Below are positions 55,132 through 64,000 of a stretch of DNA of 64,000 nt, piece after piece. Below the pieces are notes generated by a model. The model was not told the origin of the DNA and did no database searches. It was given only the letters and a program-made list of their open reading frames with translations. The DNA is from Candidatus Iainarchaeum sp. (GTDB taxonomy: Archaea; Iainarchaeota; Iainarchaeia; Iainarchaeales; UBA10219), in assembly GCA_018304425.1 (NCBI GenBank), contig JAGVWE010000002.1, forward strand, positions 64,001 to 128,000, written 5' to 3'. The position numbers and the translations under genes were made by a program. Numbering within the stretch: position 1 is the first letter of the stretch; each line of letters starts with the position of its first letter.

Positions 55132-56436
55132 GTGTTCGAAGTCAAGGACTACCTGGAGAACCGCAAGGGGCGGCTGTACATCGGAGGCGTTTCCGCTGAA
55201 GGACTTGCCGACGAGTTCGGGACGCCGACCTATGTGTACAGCGAGGAACGCATCCGCGCCAACTATGACCGGCTGCTCAACGCCTTCAAGCGGCACTACA
55301 AGGACTCCGAGCTATACTATCCCATCAAGTGCAACAACAACCTGGCCGTGTTGAACCTCGTTCGGGGCCTTGGGGCGGGAGCCGACTGTTCAAGCCCCGC
55401 CGAGGTGTACCTGGCCAAGAAGGCGGGCTTCAAAAGGAGCCGCATCCTGTACTCGGGCAACTACCTCCGCGATGACGAAATGCAATTCGCCCTCAAGGAA
55501 GGGCTGCACATCAACCTGGATGACCTCAGCCAGATTGACCGGCTCATGAAGCACGCGGGCAAGAAGAAGCCGGGCTTCCTGTGCCTCCGCATCAATCCAG
55601 GCATGGGCGCCGGCAAATTCAAGAACCTGGTGTTCGCGGGGCCGGACGCGAAGTTCGGCGTCATCGACAAGCACGTGGAAGCCGCGTACCGGAAAGCCAA
55701 GGAGCATGGCGTGAAACGGTTCGGCATCCACATGATGACCGGCAGTTGCATCACGGAAGACGATTACTTCGTGGGCATCACGGAGCGGCTGATGGACCTG
55801 GCAGGCCCCATTGCCCGGAAACTAGGGATTTCCTTCGAGTTCGTGGACATCGGGGGCGGTTTTGGCATCGCTTACCAACCAGGAGAAAAAGAACTCGACG
55901 TTAACTACATTGGGAAACGCGTGGTGGAAGTGTTCACGAAAAAATGCGACCAGTACGGGCTTGGCAGGCCCACGCTTAAAATCGAGCCGGGAAGGTATGT
56001 GGTGGGGGACGCGGGCGTGCTGCTGACACGGGTTACTTCCCTCAAGCAGGCCTACAAGAAGTTCGTGGGCGTGGACGCGGGCATGAACACCCTGCTGCGG
56101 CCCGCCCTGTATGGCGCCTACCACCAGATGTTCGTGGCCAACAAACTGAACGAGGCGCGGACCGAAAAAGTCAACGTGGTTGGACCGATTTGCGAGAACT
56201 CCGACCAGCTGGCAAAGGACCGGGAACTGCCGCCCGCCGAGGTGGGAGACGTCATCGCCATCCTCAATGGCGGCGCGTACGGGTTCGGCATGGGCTCCCA
56301 GTACAACACGCGGCCAAGGTCGGCGGAAGTGCTCGTGCATGCCGGCAAGGCCGAGCTCATCCGGGAACGCGAAACCTTTGCCGACATCGACCGGCACGTG
56401 AGGGTGCCCAAGCGGTTGCGGGCGGGAAAGCCATGA
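55132..56436 (+). CDS. lysA: Diaminopimelate decarboxylase
   Basis: FGTPTYVY, KFG, DIGGGFG, EPGRY, RPALY, GPICENSD, GAYG. Confidence 0.96.
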   Translation: MFEVKDYLENRKGRLYIGGVSAEGLADEFGTPTYVYSEERIRANYDRLLNAFKRHYKDSELYYPIKCNNNLAVLNLVRGLGAGADCSSPAEVYLAKKAGFKRSRILYSGNYLRDDEMQFALKEGLHINLDDLSQIDRLMKHAGKKKPGFLCLRINPGMGAGKFKNLVFAGPDAKFGVIDKHVEAAYRKAKEHGVKRFGIHMMTGSCITEDDYFVGITERLMDLAGPIARKLGISFEFVDIGGGFGIAYQPGEKELDVNYIGKRVVEVFTKKCDQYGLGRPTLKIEPGRYVVGDAGVLLTRVTSLKQAYKKFVGVDAGMNTLLRPALYGAYHQMFVANKLNEARTEKVNVVGPICENSDQLAKDRELPPAEVGDVIAILNGGAYGFGMGSQYNTRPRSAEVLVHAGKAELIRERETFADIDRHVRVPKRLRAGKP

Positions 56437-57620
56437 AGGACTGGGCTTCGGACCGCGTGAAAGGCATGGGAGGCTATGCGTTCGACGAAGTGGACCAGCG
56501 CGTGGCCGCGCTGAAAAAGGAGGGCGTCAAACCCATTGACTTTGGGGTGGGGGACCCGACGGACGACACCCCGGCCGTGGTCCGCGCGGCCTGCAAGAAA
56601 GCAGTCGACAAACGCAAGAACAGCGGCTACCCCAGCTACGTGGGCTGCGAGGAATACCGGCAGACGATTGCGCAATGGACCAAGAAGCGGTTTGGCGTCA
56701 GCTTGGACGCGGGCAAGGAAATCTCGTCCACCGTGGGGGCAAAGGAAGGGGTGTTCAACCTCCACGAGGGGTTCGTGAACCCCGGCGATTACGTTATATC
56801 CCCGAACCCAGGCTATCCACCGTATGAACGCGGAACCCGGTTCGCGGAAGGCAAAAGCTGGTTCTATCCCCTGCTGCAGGAAAACGATTACCTTCCCAGG
56901 CTCTCGGAGATTCCTTCCGAGGTCGTGAAGAAAGCCAAAATCCTGTGGATCAATTACCCGAACAACCCGACGGGCGCGGTCGCGACACGGGAATTCTTCA
57001 AGGAAGCCGTAGACTTCGGGAAAGACAACCAGGTCATCGTGGCCTCGGACGAGTGCTACACGGAGATTTACTTCGGCGAAAAGCCGTTGAGCATCCTGCA
57101 GTTCGCCCGCGAAGGAGTCATCTCGGTGCAGAGCCTGTCCAAGCGCAGTAACATGACTTGTTACCGCGTGGGCTGGATGGCCGGAGACGAAAGCATCGTC
57201 AGCGTGTTCAAGAAGGTCAAGACCAACGTCGATTCCGGAACGGCCACGTTCATCCAAGACGCGGCCACGGCCGCGTTGAAGGACGAGCAGCACGTGGCGA
57301 AGATGCGCGCGCTCTACCACAAGAAGCGCGATGTCCTGGTTTCCGCGCTGAAGAAGGCCGGGATGCCGGACTGCACCCCGCCCGCGACGCTTTACCTCTG
57401 GCAGCGCGCGCCGCAGGGCATGACGGGATTGGACTTCGCGCTGCGGCTGCTCCAGAAGGACTTGGGGCTGGTGACCACGCCCGGGGCATGGATTGCCAGG
57501 GAATCCAATGGCTTGAACCCCGGCAAGGACTTCGTCCGGTTTGCCTTGGTGCCAAGCCTGGCCGAATGCAGGCAGGCAGCCGAGAAAATCCGGGACGCGC
57601 TGGCAAAGCCAAAGCGATAG
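56433..57620 (+). CDS. dapL: LL-diaminopimelate aminotransferase-like class I aminotransferase
   Basis: GVGDP, NYPNNPTG, DECY, SLSK..MTCYRVG; operon context. Confidence 0.82.
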   Translation: MKDWASDRVKGMGGYAFDEVDQRVAALKKEGVKPIDFGVGDPTDDTPAVVRAACKKAVDKRKNSGYPSYVGCEEYRQTIAQWTKKRFGVSLDAGKEISSTVGAKEGVFNLHEGFVNPGDYVISPNPGYPPYERGTRFAEGKSWFYPLLQENDYLPRLSEIPSEVVKKAKILWINYPNNPTGAVATREFFKEAVDFGKDNQVIVASDECYTEIYFGEKPLSILQFAREGVISVQSLSKRSNMTCYRVGWMAGDESIVSVFKKVKTNVDSGTATFIQDAATAALKDEQHVAKMRALYHKKRDVLVSALKKAGMPDCTPPATLYLWQRAPQGMTGLDFALRLLQKDLGLVTTPGAWIARESNGLNPGKDFVRFALVPSLAECRQAAEKIRDALAKPKR

Positions 57621-57655
57621 AAAGCTATTTATTCGTGGAACGCGTTAGGTCTTAC

Positions 57656-59020
57656 ATGCGGGTTCCTTTCATGGGGCGTTTGAGGCGAAGGCCGGACGCA
57701 AGGCAAAGGCCGGCAGGCGGGCAAGCACGTGGGCCTGGTTTTTTCCGTAGACGCCGTCAACTGGGACAGGCGGCCGTTTCAGGTGGTGGAGGCCGCAGGC
57801 AACCCCACCGACAACCGCTAAGCAGGGGCATCCCGCCTTCGCCGTCCGGCAGGCCGAGGAGATGGAATCGGTGGGCCTTGGGAGCAGGGGCCGTGGCCGC
57901 CTTGGGCGCGGGCTGGCTGGGCTGGCACTTGTGGGGCCGAGCTCCCACGCCGCCGGGCCCGGGAAGGCAGCCAGCGGTTGGAACGGTTCAACCACCGAAA
58001 CCGACGAGGCCAGAGACAAGGCAGCCCCGGACCCGTGCACCCCAACCCGGGGAAGCCAAGCCCGAAGAAGAGCGGCGACCGAAACCAAAACCGGAAGCCG
58101 AACCCCTGAACGCGAAAAAAGCCTTGGAGACCCTGGGCGGCAGGCTCGGCGAAATTAACCGGCAATGGAGGAACAAGGAAATCAGCTTGCAACAGCGGCT
58201 GGACTCGATGCGGCAACTAAGACGCGAAACCATAATCCCCTTGGTCGAGCACCTGAGAAGCACGGGCGAATTGGAGGCCTGGAAAAGCGAGTTGTCCACC
58301 AGTGTCGGGCGATTCCAATTGGATGAAGCCACTGGCAACAAGGCCAGGGAACTGGAAGCTTACCGGCGATATTTTTCGAGCCCTGACGTGTGGGCACTCC
58401 ACTTGACGGATGAAAGCATCGCCAACAAGGTTTACGTGGACCACTACCGGGAACTCGAAGCCCTCCGAGTCCTGGAAAAGGGGTGGCGGGAAGCGGCCAC
58501 GGAGCGAACCCGCTGGCTGTTGACTGAACTGGATTACATTAAAAACAACCCCTCCGTGTTACTGGACCCCTTGAAAGGCCCAAAATACACAGGCCTCCTC
58601 AGCTATGTCACTGGCGCTGTAGGCGAACAACGGGTGGACGACGCTGAAAAACTCCGGAAGCCCCTGGTAAACGAAGTCCATCTCGGCATGCGCGAAGTAA
58701 TAATGGAGCTGGGCAACGACCCGGCGGTGAAGGAACGAATGGTTCGCGACGAAGTGTTCGGCAGCAATTTCGGGAAAACCCTTGGCAGGTTAAAGGACTT
58801 GTCCGGGCAGGGAGGCGACACCACCAATTGGTTGGTTGAGATGACGGCTTTCCTTGAAGAACTCGAAAAAACCAGGCCCGGCGCGAGAACGGCCATCAAC
58901 GACAGAGTATCCGAAATCGTGGTAGCCGAAGTCGAGCGGTACAAGCTGCTATTAGCCAACAGTGTGGAAAACACAGTAACCGGATATTTCTACCAACAAT
59001 TGCCATCGCACGGCCGATGA
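57656..59020 (+). CDS. Orphan single-pass membrane protein with long Arg-rich N-terminus (paralog of 47719)
   Basis: MRVPFMGRLRRRPDAR...RRW-TM-Pro linker-helical domain; start could be 57671. Confidence 0.75.
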   Translation: MRVPFMGRLRRRPDARQRPAGGQARGPGFFRRRRQLGQAAVSGGGGRRQPHRQPLSRGIPPSPSGRPRRWNRWALGAGAVAALGAGWLGWHLWGRAPTPPGPGRQPAVGTVQPPKPTRPETRQPRTRAPQPGEAKPEEERRPKPKPEAEPLNAKKALETLGGRLGEINRQWRNKEISLQQRLDSMRQLRRETIIPLVEHLRSTGELEAWKSELSTSVGRFQLDEATGNKARELEAYRRYFSSPDVWALHLTDESIANKVYVDHYRELEALRVLEKGWREAATERTRWLLTELDYIKNNPSVLLDPLKGPKYTGLLSYVTGAVGEQRVDDAEKLRKPLVNEVHLGMREVIMELGNDPAVKERMVRDEVFGSNFGKTLGRLKDLSGQGGDTTNWLVEMTAFLEELEKTRPGARTAINDRVSEIVVAEVERYKLLLANSVENTVTGYFYQQLPSHGR

Positions 59021-59069
59021 ACGGAAAGCCGGGCAAAGCCTTTAAAGGGCTTGCAGGGTAATTGGTTTC

Positions 59070-59813
59070 ATGGAACCACAAGTCTACATCTTCGTCTCCG
59101 TAGCCGTGGTCAGCGCCATCTCCCTGGTCGGCGTGCTCGCGCTGGCGCTCAACAAGCACCTCCTCCACCGGGCCATGGTCGTGCTGGTCAGCTTTGCCGC
59201 GGGCTCGTTGCTGGCCGCAGCCTTCCTCGACCTCATCCCGGAAGCGGCGGAACTCGTGGACCTGGATGTGCTCATGCCCGCGGCCTTGGCCGGAATCGTC
59301 ACCTTTTTCATCATCGAGCGCATCCTCCACTGGCACCACTTCCACGCCGAGGAAAACGACATCCACCCCTTCACCTACCTCAACCTCATAGGAGACGGCC
59401 TGCACAACTTCATGGACGGCATCGCCATTGCAGCCAGTTACCTGGTGAGCGTGCCGGTGGGAATCGCGACCACGATTGCCGTCATCGCCCACGAAATCCC
59501 GCAGGAAATCAGCGACTTCAGCGTCCTCGTCTACGGCGGCCTTGGCAGGAAAAAAGCCTTGTTGTTCAACTTTGGCTCGGCGTTGACCGCCTTCTTCGGC
59601 GCCGCAATCGTGCTGGTGTTCCAGAACATGGAGAACAGCGCCGTGCTGGGCCAGTTAGCGGGCTTCGCCGCGGGCGGGCTGATTTACATTGCGACGGCCG
59701 ACCTGGTGCCGGAAATCCACAAAGAACACCGCCTCAAAAAGGTGCTGGCGCAAATGGTGGCGTTCGGCCTGGGCATTGCCCTGATTTGGTTTATAATCGG
59801 AACGTTCGAATAG
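59070..59813 (+). CDS. ZIP-family metal transporter
   Basis: HWHHFH, GDGLHNFMDG, AHEIPQEISDF. Confidence 0.95.
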   Translation: MEPQVYIFVSVAVVSAISLVGVLALALNKHLLHRAMVVLVSFAAGSLLAAAFLDLIPEAAELVDLDVLMPAALAGIVTFFIIERILHWHHFHAEENDIHPFTYLNLIGDGLHNFMDGIAIAASYLVSVPVGIATTIAVIAHEIPQEISDFSVLVYGGLGRKKALLFNFGSALTAFFGAAIVLVFQNMENSAVLGQLAGFAAGGLIYIATADLVPEIHKEHRLKKVLAQMVAFGLGIALIWFIIGTFE

Positions 59814-59822
59814 GGTAATAGC

Positions 59823-60989
59823 ATGAAGGTGCTGATTGTTTCCGACAGCCCCAACACTCCTTCCGGATACGGGCGGGTGGCGGGAAAAATCGCGGCCTAC
59901 TTGAACAACCAAGCCGACGGCGAAGTGCATTTCCTGGGCCTGCAGGGCTTTGGGTTCCCAGCCTATTACTCGGGCACCCACGAAGAGCGGCTGGGCAAGC
60001 CCTTCCTAGTGCATCCAAGGGGAAAAGACCCATCGGGTGCCGACCTCCTTGCCTACTACTTGAAGAAACTCAACCCGCAGGCGCTGGTCAGCCTCGGAGA
60101 CCTCCAACAGCAAAACGCCCTAATGGCACCCATCACGGAAAGCGGCTGGAAGGGCCGCTGGTTCCCGTACACCCCCTATGACACGGAGATGTTCGTGCCC
60201 ACCTGGGCGTGCGCCAAGCGCGCGGAAAAAATCATCGTGCCGGCGCAGTTCGCTGAAAAGCTGCTGAAAGGCCACCTGGGCGCTGACAAGGTCGCGCGCA
60301 TCGAGCACGGAGTGGACTGCAAGGCCTTCAAGCCCCTGCGCAAGCCGGACGTGCGCAAGGCGCGCGGCCTCGACGGAAAGTTCGTGGTGGGCGCGTTCGG
60401 GAGAAACCAGTTGCGCAAGATGTGGGTGCAAACGGTCAAGGGCTTCGCAGCCTTCGCCAAGGACAAGAAGGACGCGCGCCTCGTGTTGCACACCGAGGAA
60501 CTGCCCTTCCGAGACGACTCCGGGCAGGGCTGGGCGTTCCCCAGCCTCCTCGCCAAGTACGGGATCAGGGACAAGGTCGTGTTCACAGGCGACCTCACCG
60601 AGTACCTGAATAGGTTTTACATCGACAATGGCATGCTCAACGAATTGTATAATTGCCTGGACGTCTACGGGTTTCTGACGGGAGGCGAGGGGTTTGGCCT
60701 GCCGGCCCTCGAGGCACAGGCCGCGGGCGTGGTGCCGGTGCTCACCGATTACACGACGGGAAAAGAGTTGTGCGGAAGCCACGGCCTGCTCGTGAAGCCG
60801 CTCGCGCTCTGGGAGAACCCGACTGGAATCGAGTGGGCGGTGGCGGACGAGAAGGAATTCGCGAAGCACCTGCAGTTCCTGTACGACCACCCGGACGAGC
60901 GCGCCAAACGCGGGAACCAAGCGCGGGAGTTCGCGCAGGGCTATGACTGGGAAAACGTGCTCCCCAAGTGGAAGAAGTTACTCTACTGA
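59823..60989 (+). CDS. Glycosyltransferase family 4
   Basis: SGYG, HGVD, RNQLRK, EGFGLPALEAQAAG. Confidence 0.93.
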   Translation: MKVLIVSDSPNTPSGYGRVAGKIAAYLNNQADGEVHFLGLQGFGFPAYYSGTHEERLGKPFLVHPRGKDPSGADLLAYYLKKLNPQALVSLGDLQQQNALMAPITESGWKGRWFPYTPYDTEMFVPTWACAKRAEKIIVPAQFAEKLLKGHLGADKVARIEHGVDCKAFKPLRKPDVRKARGLDGKFVVGAFGRNQLRKMWVQTVKGFAAFAKDKKDARLVLHTEELPFRDDSGQGWAFPSLLAKYGIRDKVVFTGDLTEYLNRFYIDNGMLNELYNCLDVYGFLTGGEGFGLPALEAQAAGVVPVLTDYTTGKELCGSHGLLVKPLALWENPTGIEWAVADEKEFAKHLQFLYDHPDERAKRGNQAREFAQGYDWENVLPKWKKLLY

Positions 60990-61106
60990 TTTTCGGCAAT
61001 CGACGAATAATTTATATCTTGTTCGGTGCCAAGGCCATAAGCCATGCCCAGCCCGAAACCCGACATGTATTTATACAGGTTTGCACGTAGTATACCTGGT
61101 GATTGC

Positions 61107-61349
61107 ATGGGCTCCATGACTTTGGCCGTGCCAGAGGACCTTAGGAAAAAGATGAACAAGTTCTCGGAAATGAATTGGAGTGCCGTGGCACGGAACGCGT
61201 TCGAAGAGAAGGTGAAGGACCTCGAGTTCATTCGGGAGTTCAAGGCCCATAGCCGGATGACCGAGGAACGCGCCATCGAACTCGGACGCGAAGTGAGGAG
61301 TGGGCTGGCAAAAAAAATCCGGGATGCCGCCCATGAAAATCGTCGTTGA
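61107..61349 (+). CDS. RHH-like antitoxin
   Basis: MTLAVPEDL...EMNWSAVAR; overlaps PIN gene. Confidence 0.82.
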   Translation: MGSMTLAVPEDLRKKMNKFSEMNWSAVARNAFEEKVKDLEFIREFKAHSRMTEERAIELGREVRSGLAKKIRDAAHENRR

Positions 61350-61743
61350 CGCAAGCGTCCTCTTCGCTGTCATGATAAAAGCCGGCTTCAACGAACACCT
61401 TCTCTTTTTGAACGAATTGGAGCCTTTTGCGCCGGAACAATTGTTCGCGGAATTCAGGAAACACAAAAAGCAAGTGTTCGAGGAAACCGGCAGAACCCCC
61501 GCAAATTTCTTCCAGCTGACGAACATACTCAAAAAACGCATCAAAGTTATTCCGCTGGCCGAATTTGCCCAGTGCGTAAAAGAAGCAGAGGCCCTACTCA
61601 CCGACAAAGACGATGCCGCCTACCTCGCGGCCTGCCTCGCCACGAACATGCCCTTATGGAGCAACGACAAGGGGTTCAAGCGGCAACGAAGGGTAACGGT
61701 TTACACCACCCAAGAACTGGCAAGCTGCCTGGGGCTTGAATAG
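61333..61743 (+). CDS. PIN-domain toxin
   Basis: IVVDASVLF, DKDDAAYLA, WSNDKGF. Confidence 0.9.
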   Translation: MKIVVDASVLFAVMIKAGFNEHLLFLNELEPFAPEQLFAEFRKHKKQVFEETGRTPANFFQLTNILKKRIKVIPLAEFAQCVKEAEALLTDKDDAAYLAACLATNMPLWSNDKGFKRQRRVTVYTTQELASCLGLE

Positions 61744-61751
61744 GCTGCATG

Positions 61752-62972
61752 TCAGCGCTTGGCCAGGCTCTTGTATACTTCCTCGAGTGCCCGGGCGTGG
61801 GCTTCGAGGGTCAACGGCGGGGCCATGCCCCGGGAGAGCTGTTCGGTGAGGTGGGGTTCTTCCGCGAACTCCAGCATTTTTTCGGCCAGGCTCTCCACGT
61901 CATTGAATTCGAAGACCAGGCCCGCGTTGTGCTTTTTGACGAGTTCTGGAAGGCAGCCGGCGTTCGAGGCAATGACCGGGACATTGCAGGCAATGGCTTC
62001 CAGGAGGAGCAGGGAAGCGGTTTCCTGTTTGAGTGTGGGAATGACCAAGACGTCAATGCGTTCAAAGACGCGGTCGATGTAGGTCCGGTCAAAGGAGCCC
62101 AGGAAGTTGATGGGGCTGCGCTTGCCGGCCAGGGAAACCAGGTGCTCTTCATAGGCTTGCTCGCCGTTGCCGTAGACGTCGAGTTCCGCGTCGACGCCCT
62201 TCAACGACTGGAAGGCCTTGAGCAGCAACTCGATGCCCTTTTCTTCCACCAGTTCCCCGATGAAGCCAAAGCGCAGCACGCCTCCAACGGACTTGAAGCG
62301 CAGGCGCGGGTTGAGCGTCCGGCCGAACGGTGCGGGAACCAGTTTTTCCGTGGGTACCCTGAATTCCGCCAGCTTCCGGGCCGCGAACTCCGAGGGGCAT
62401 AGGATGACGTCAAACTTTTGCAGGGCCTCCAGGCCCTCCCGCTGGTAGGACAGGTAAGCGCTCAAGTGGGAGAGGCGCTTGGCTTTTTCAAGGCCTAAAA
62501 GCCCCTGGTGGCCGGTGTGGCATTGAAAGCATTCGAAGCCCTTCACGTGCCCCGAACATAAAACGCCTTGGGGCTTGACGAGGGAAACCGAGGGGCACAA
62601 AATGCTGAAGTCATGCACCGTGAAAACGCTGGGGATGCCGCGCTCGTTGGCCGCGTCCAAGAGGCTGTACGGCAGCTCCATGAAGGAATGGAAGTGCACG
62701 ATGTCCGGCTTGTCCCGGTCCAGCACCCGCTCGAACAAGGCCCTGCCCGCCTCGCCAAAGGCCTTGGAAGGGCTCTTCGAAAAATTCAGGCAGTGCACGA
62801 AGTACCCGTTTTCCTCGAAGGAGCGGAGGTCGCGGTCACTGGACTCGCGGCGGCGGAAGGCCACGGAGGCCTTGTGCTCCTTGGATTGCTCGCGCAACAA
62901 GTCGCGTAAATAGAACTCGGTGCCCCCCAAACGGCGGGGCGAAAAATAGTTGGTTACGTGAGTGAGGCGCAT
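61752..62972 (-). CDS. Glycosyltransferase family 4
   Basis: GGTE, PDIVHFH, TVHDFSILCP, KGIELL, ETASLLLLEA. Confidence 0.92.
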   Translation of the reverse strand: MRLTHVTNYFSPRRLGGTEFYLRDLLREQSKEHKASVAFRRRESSDRDLRSFEENGYFVHCLNFSKSPSKAFGEAGRALFERVLDRDKPDIVHFHSFMELPYSLLDAANERGIPSVFTVHDFSILCPSVSLVKPQGVLCSGHVKGFECFQCHTGHQGLLGLEKAKRLSHLSAYLSYQREGLEALQKFDVILCPSEFAARKLAEFRVPTEKLVPAPFGRTLNPRLRFKSVGGVLRFGFIGELVEEKGIELLLKAFQSLKGVDAELDVYGNGEQAYEEHLVSLAGKRSPINFLGSFDRTYIDRVFERIDVLVIPTLKQETASLLLLEAIACNVPVIASNAGCLPELVKKHNAGLVFEFNDVESLAEKMLEFAEEPHLTEQLSRGMAPPLTLEAHARALEEVYKSLAKR

Positions 62973-62974
62973 GC

Positions 62975-63127
62975 TCAGACCATGACCTTGCCCGGACCCA
63001 TCCTCGGCGCGCCAAAGTAACCGCAGTTGGCGCATTGGATGACCTGGCGAGTGCCGTCAAAAAAGGGGGTGACGAGTTCGGACTTGCATTTCGGGCAGGA
63101 CGGCACCTCTTTCAGCAATGGCTTCAC
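62975..63127 (-). CDS. 50-aa zinc-ribbon microprotein
   Basis: CPKC...CANCG; GTG start overlapping the upstream TGA. Confidence 0.65.
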   Translation of the reverse strand: MKPLLKEVPSCPKCKSELVTPFFDGTRQVIQCANCGYFGAPRMGPGKVMV

Positions 63128-63255
63128 CCCTTCCTCTTCCGCTGCGGCAGGGGAACGCATTCCTGGGAGTGCACGAACTCCGAGGAGAGCCTGGACTTCG
63201 GTTCGTCGATGCACCAGGTTTTTTCTTCTCTTTTCGGCCTGCGTTTCGCCTTCAT
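63124..63255 (-). CDS. 43-aa basic microprotein
   Basis: MKAKRRPKREEKTWC...; tightly packed between neighbours (GTGA overlap). Confidence 0.45.
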   Translation of the reverse strand: MKAKRRPKREEKTWCIDEPKSRLSSEFVHSQECVPLPQRKRKG

Positions 63256-63259
63256 GCCA

Positions 63260-63625
63260 TCAGCGGACCATGTTGTCCTGGGGGTTGAGGGGCAGGGCGA
63301 GGTCAAACGGCTGCGAGGGCGCCTGGGTGTGCCTTTTCTTCATCTGGTCCAGGTAGGAGGACATCTTCTTCCATCCTTCTTCGGCGGCCTTGCCCCGCAA
63401 GACCTTGACAATGGTTTGCCGGGGCTGCCTATTCCCCCCCATGAAATCGTATTCGACCAAGACAATGTCATGGGACCTGACTTTATCGTTGAGCATGGGG
63501 TGCACCATGAAGGTGAACACGTTTTCGTCCCACGTCTCCACCATGGCCTGGACCGTGTTATCCGCCCCCAAAACCTCTTTCTCGTCCGCCTTAAACACCC
63601 GTAAAACCCGTGCCAAATGGTACAT
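63260..63625 (-). CDS. Hypothetical protein (beta-rich)
   Basis: MYHLARVLRVF...QAMVETWDEN...DIVLVEY; host-like codon usage. Confidence 0.75.
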   Translation of the reverse strand: MYHLARVLRVFKADEKEVLGADNTVQAMVETWDENVFTFMVHPMLNDKVRSHDIVLVEYDFMGGNRQPRQTIVKVLRGKAAEEGWKKMSSYLDQMKKRHTQAPSQPFDLALPLNPQDNMVR

Positions 63626-63779
63626 TAGCCAAGACCTCCGACCCTTCCCGACCCTGCCAGGATAAAGCAATCACCGGGAAAAACCTTTTAAAGGCTTTCC
63701 TAAGAAAGAATGGGTATTAATCCTGATTTTCACGGATTAACCCCCTTATCCCCTGACGGGAAAACATTGGCGTGATTGC

Positions 63780-64000
63780 ATGGGCCTCAGACCAGGACAC
63801 TGTTATAGGAACACCGGCCACAAACAGGACCGGGCCTACACGCGAGTGGCCATCACGGTGCCCAGAAAAAACTTCATCGGCGCCACGCCGGGGTTGAGGA
63901 CAAGGCAATTCAACATGGGCAACCCCACCAAGAAATACTCGCACCTGGTTGATTTGGTGCTGGAAGAAACCTGCCAGGTCCGGGACAACGCGATTGAAAG
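63780..64000 (+). CDS. rpl10e: 50S ribosomal protein L10e/uL16 (partial)
   Basis: Manual translation MGLRPGHCYR...RAYTR...FNMGNP...QVRDNAIE. Confidence 0.93.
   Translation, partial: MGLRPGHCYRNTGHKQDRAYTRVAITVPRKNFIGATPGLRTRQFNMGNPTKKYSHLVDLVLEETCQVRDNAIE

Noticed and set aside
1-64000. CRISPR array, rRNA genes, IS transposases, DGR
   Set aside because: No regularly spaced repeats, rRNA signatures, transposase, integrase or reverse transcriptase motifs seen

Overview
GC-rich archaeal chromosome segment, inferred from gene content to be DPANN (probably Iainarchaeota/Diapherotrites or Micrarchaeota). The housekeeping backbone includes an interrupted exosome/proteasome/RNase P superoperon (rrp42-rrp41-rrp4-SBDS-psmA...pop5...rpp30-rpl15e), TtuA, Lsm, a MinD cluster, aIF5A, an MCM with a 535-aa LAGLIDADG intein, aIF2b/aIF1A/RIO1/Dim2/top6BA, mre11, a degenerate thiI and partial rpl10e. 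There are three tRNAs (Val-GAC, Ala-GGC, Cys-GCA). Accessory content includes a Liv-type ABC locus with three binding proteins and three regulators, a six-gene DAP/lysine operon lacking dapF, four toxin-antitoxin modules and two GT4 glycosyltransferases. The most notable observations are: (1) at least eight orphan genes scattered between core genes that all start with Arg/Lys(/Pro)-rich N-termini, including two paralog pairs and a NUMOD3 + sigma70-region-4 fusion, a candidate exported-effector system; (2) a convergent RelE/RelB cassette bracketed by a perfect 23-bp direct repeat; (3) an integrase-less island in tRNA-Cys with an 11-bp att-like repeat and clustered palindromes; (4) structured GA/GNRA hairpin leaders upstream of two tRNAs; (5) a 42-aa hyper-acidic microprotein; (6) a possible leader-peptide attenuator before lysC. 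All assignments come from reading motifs by eye; no database searches were run.
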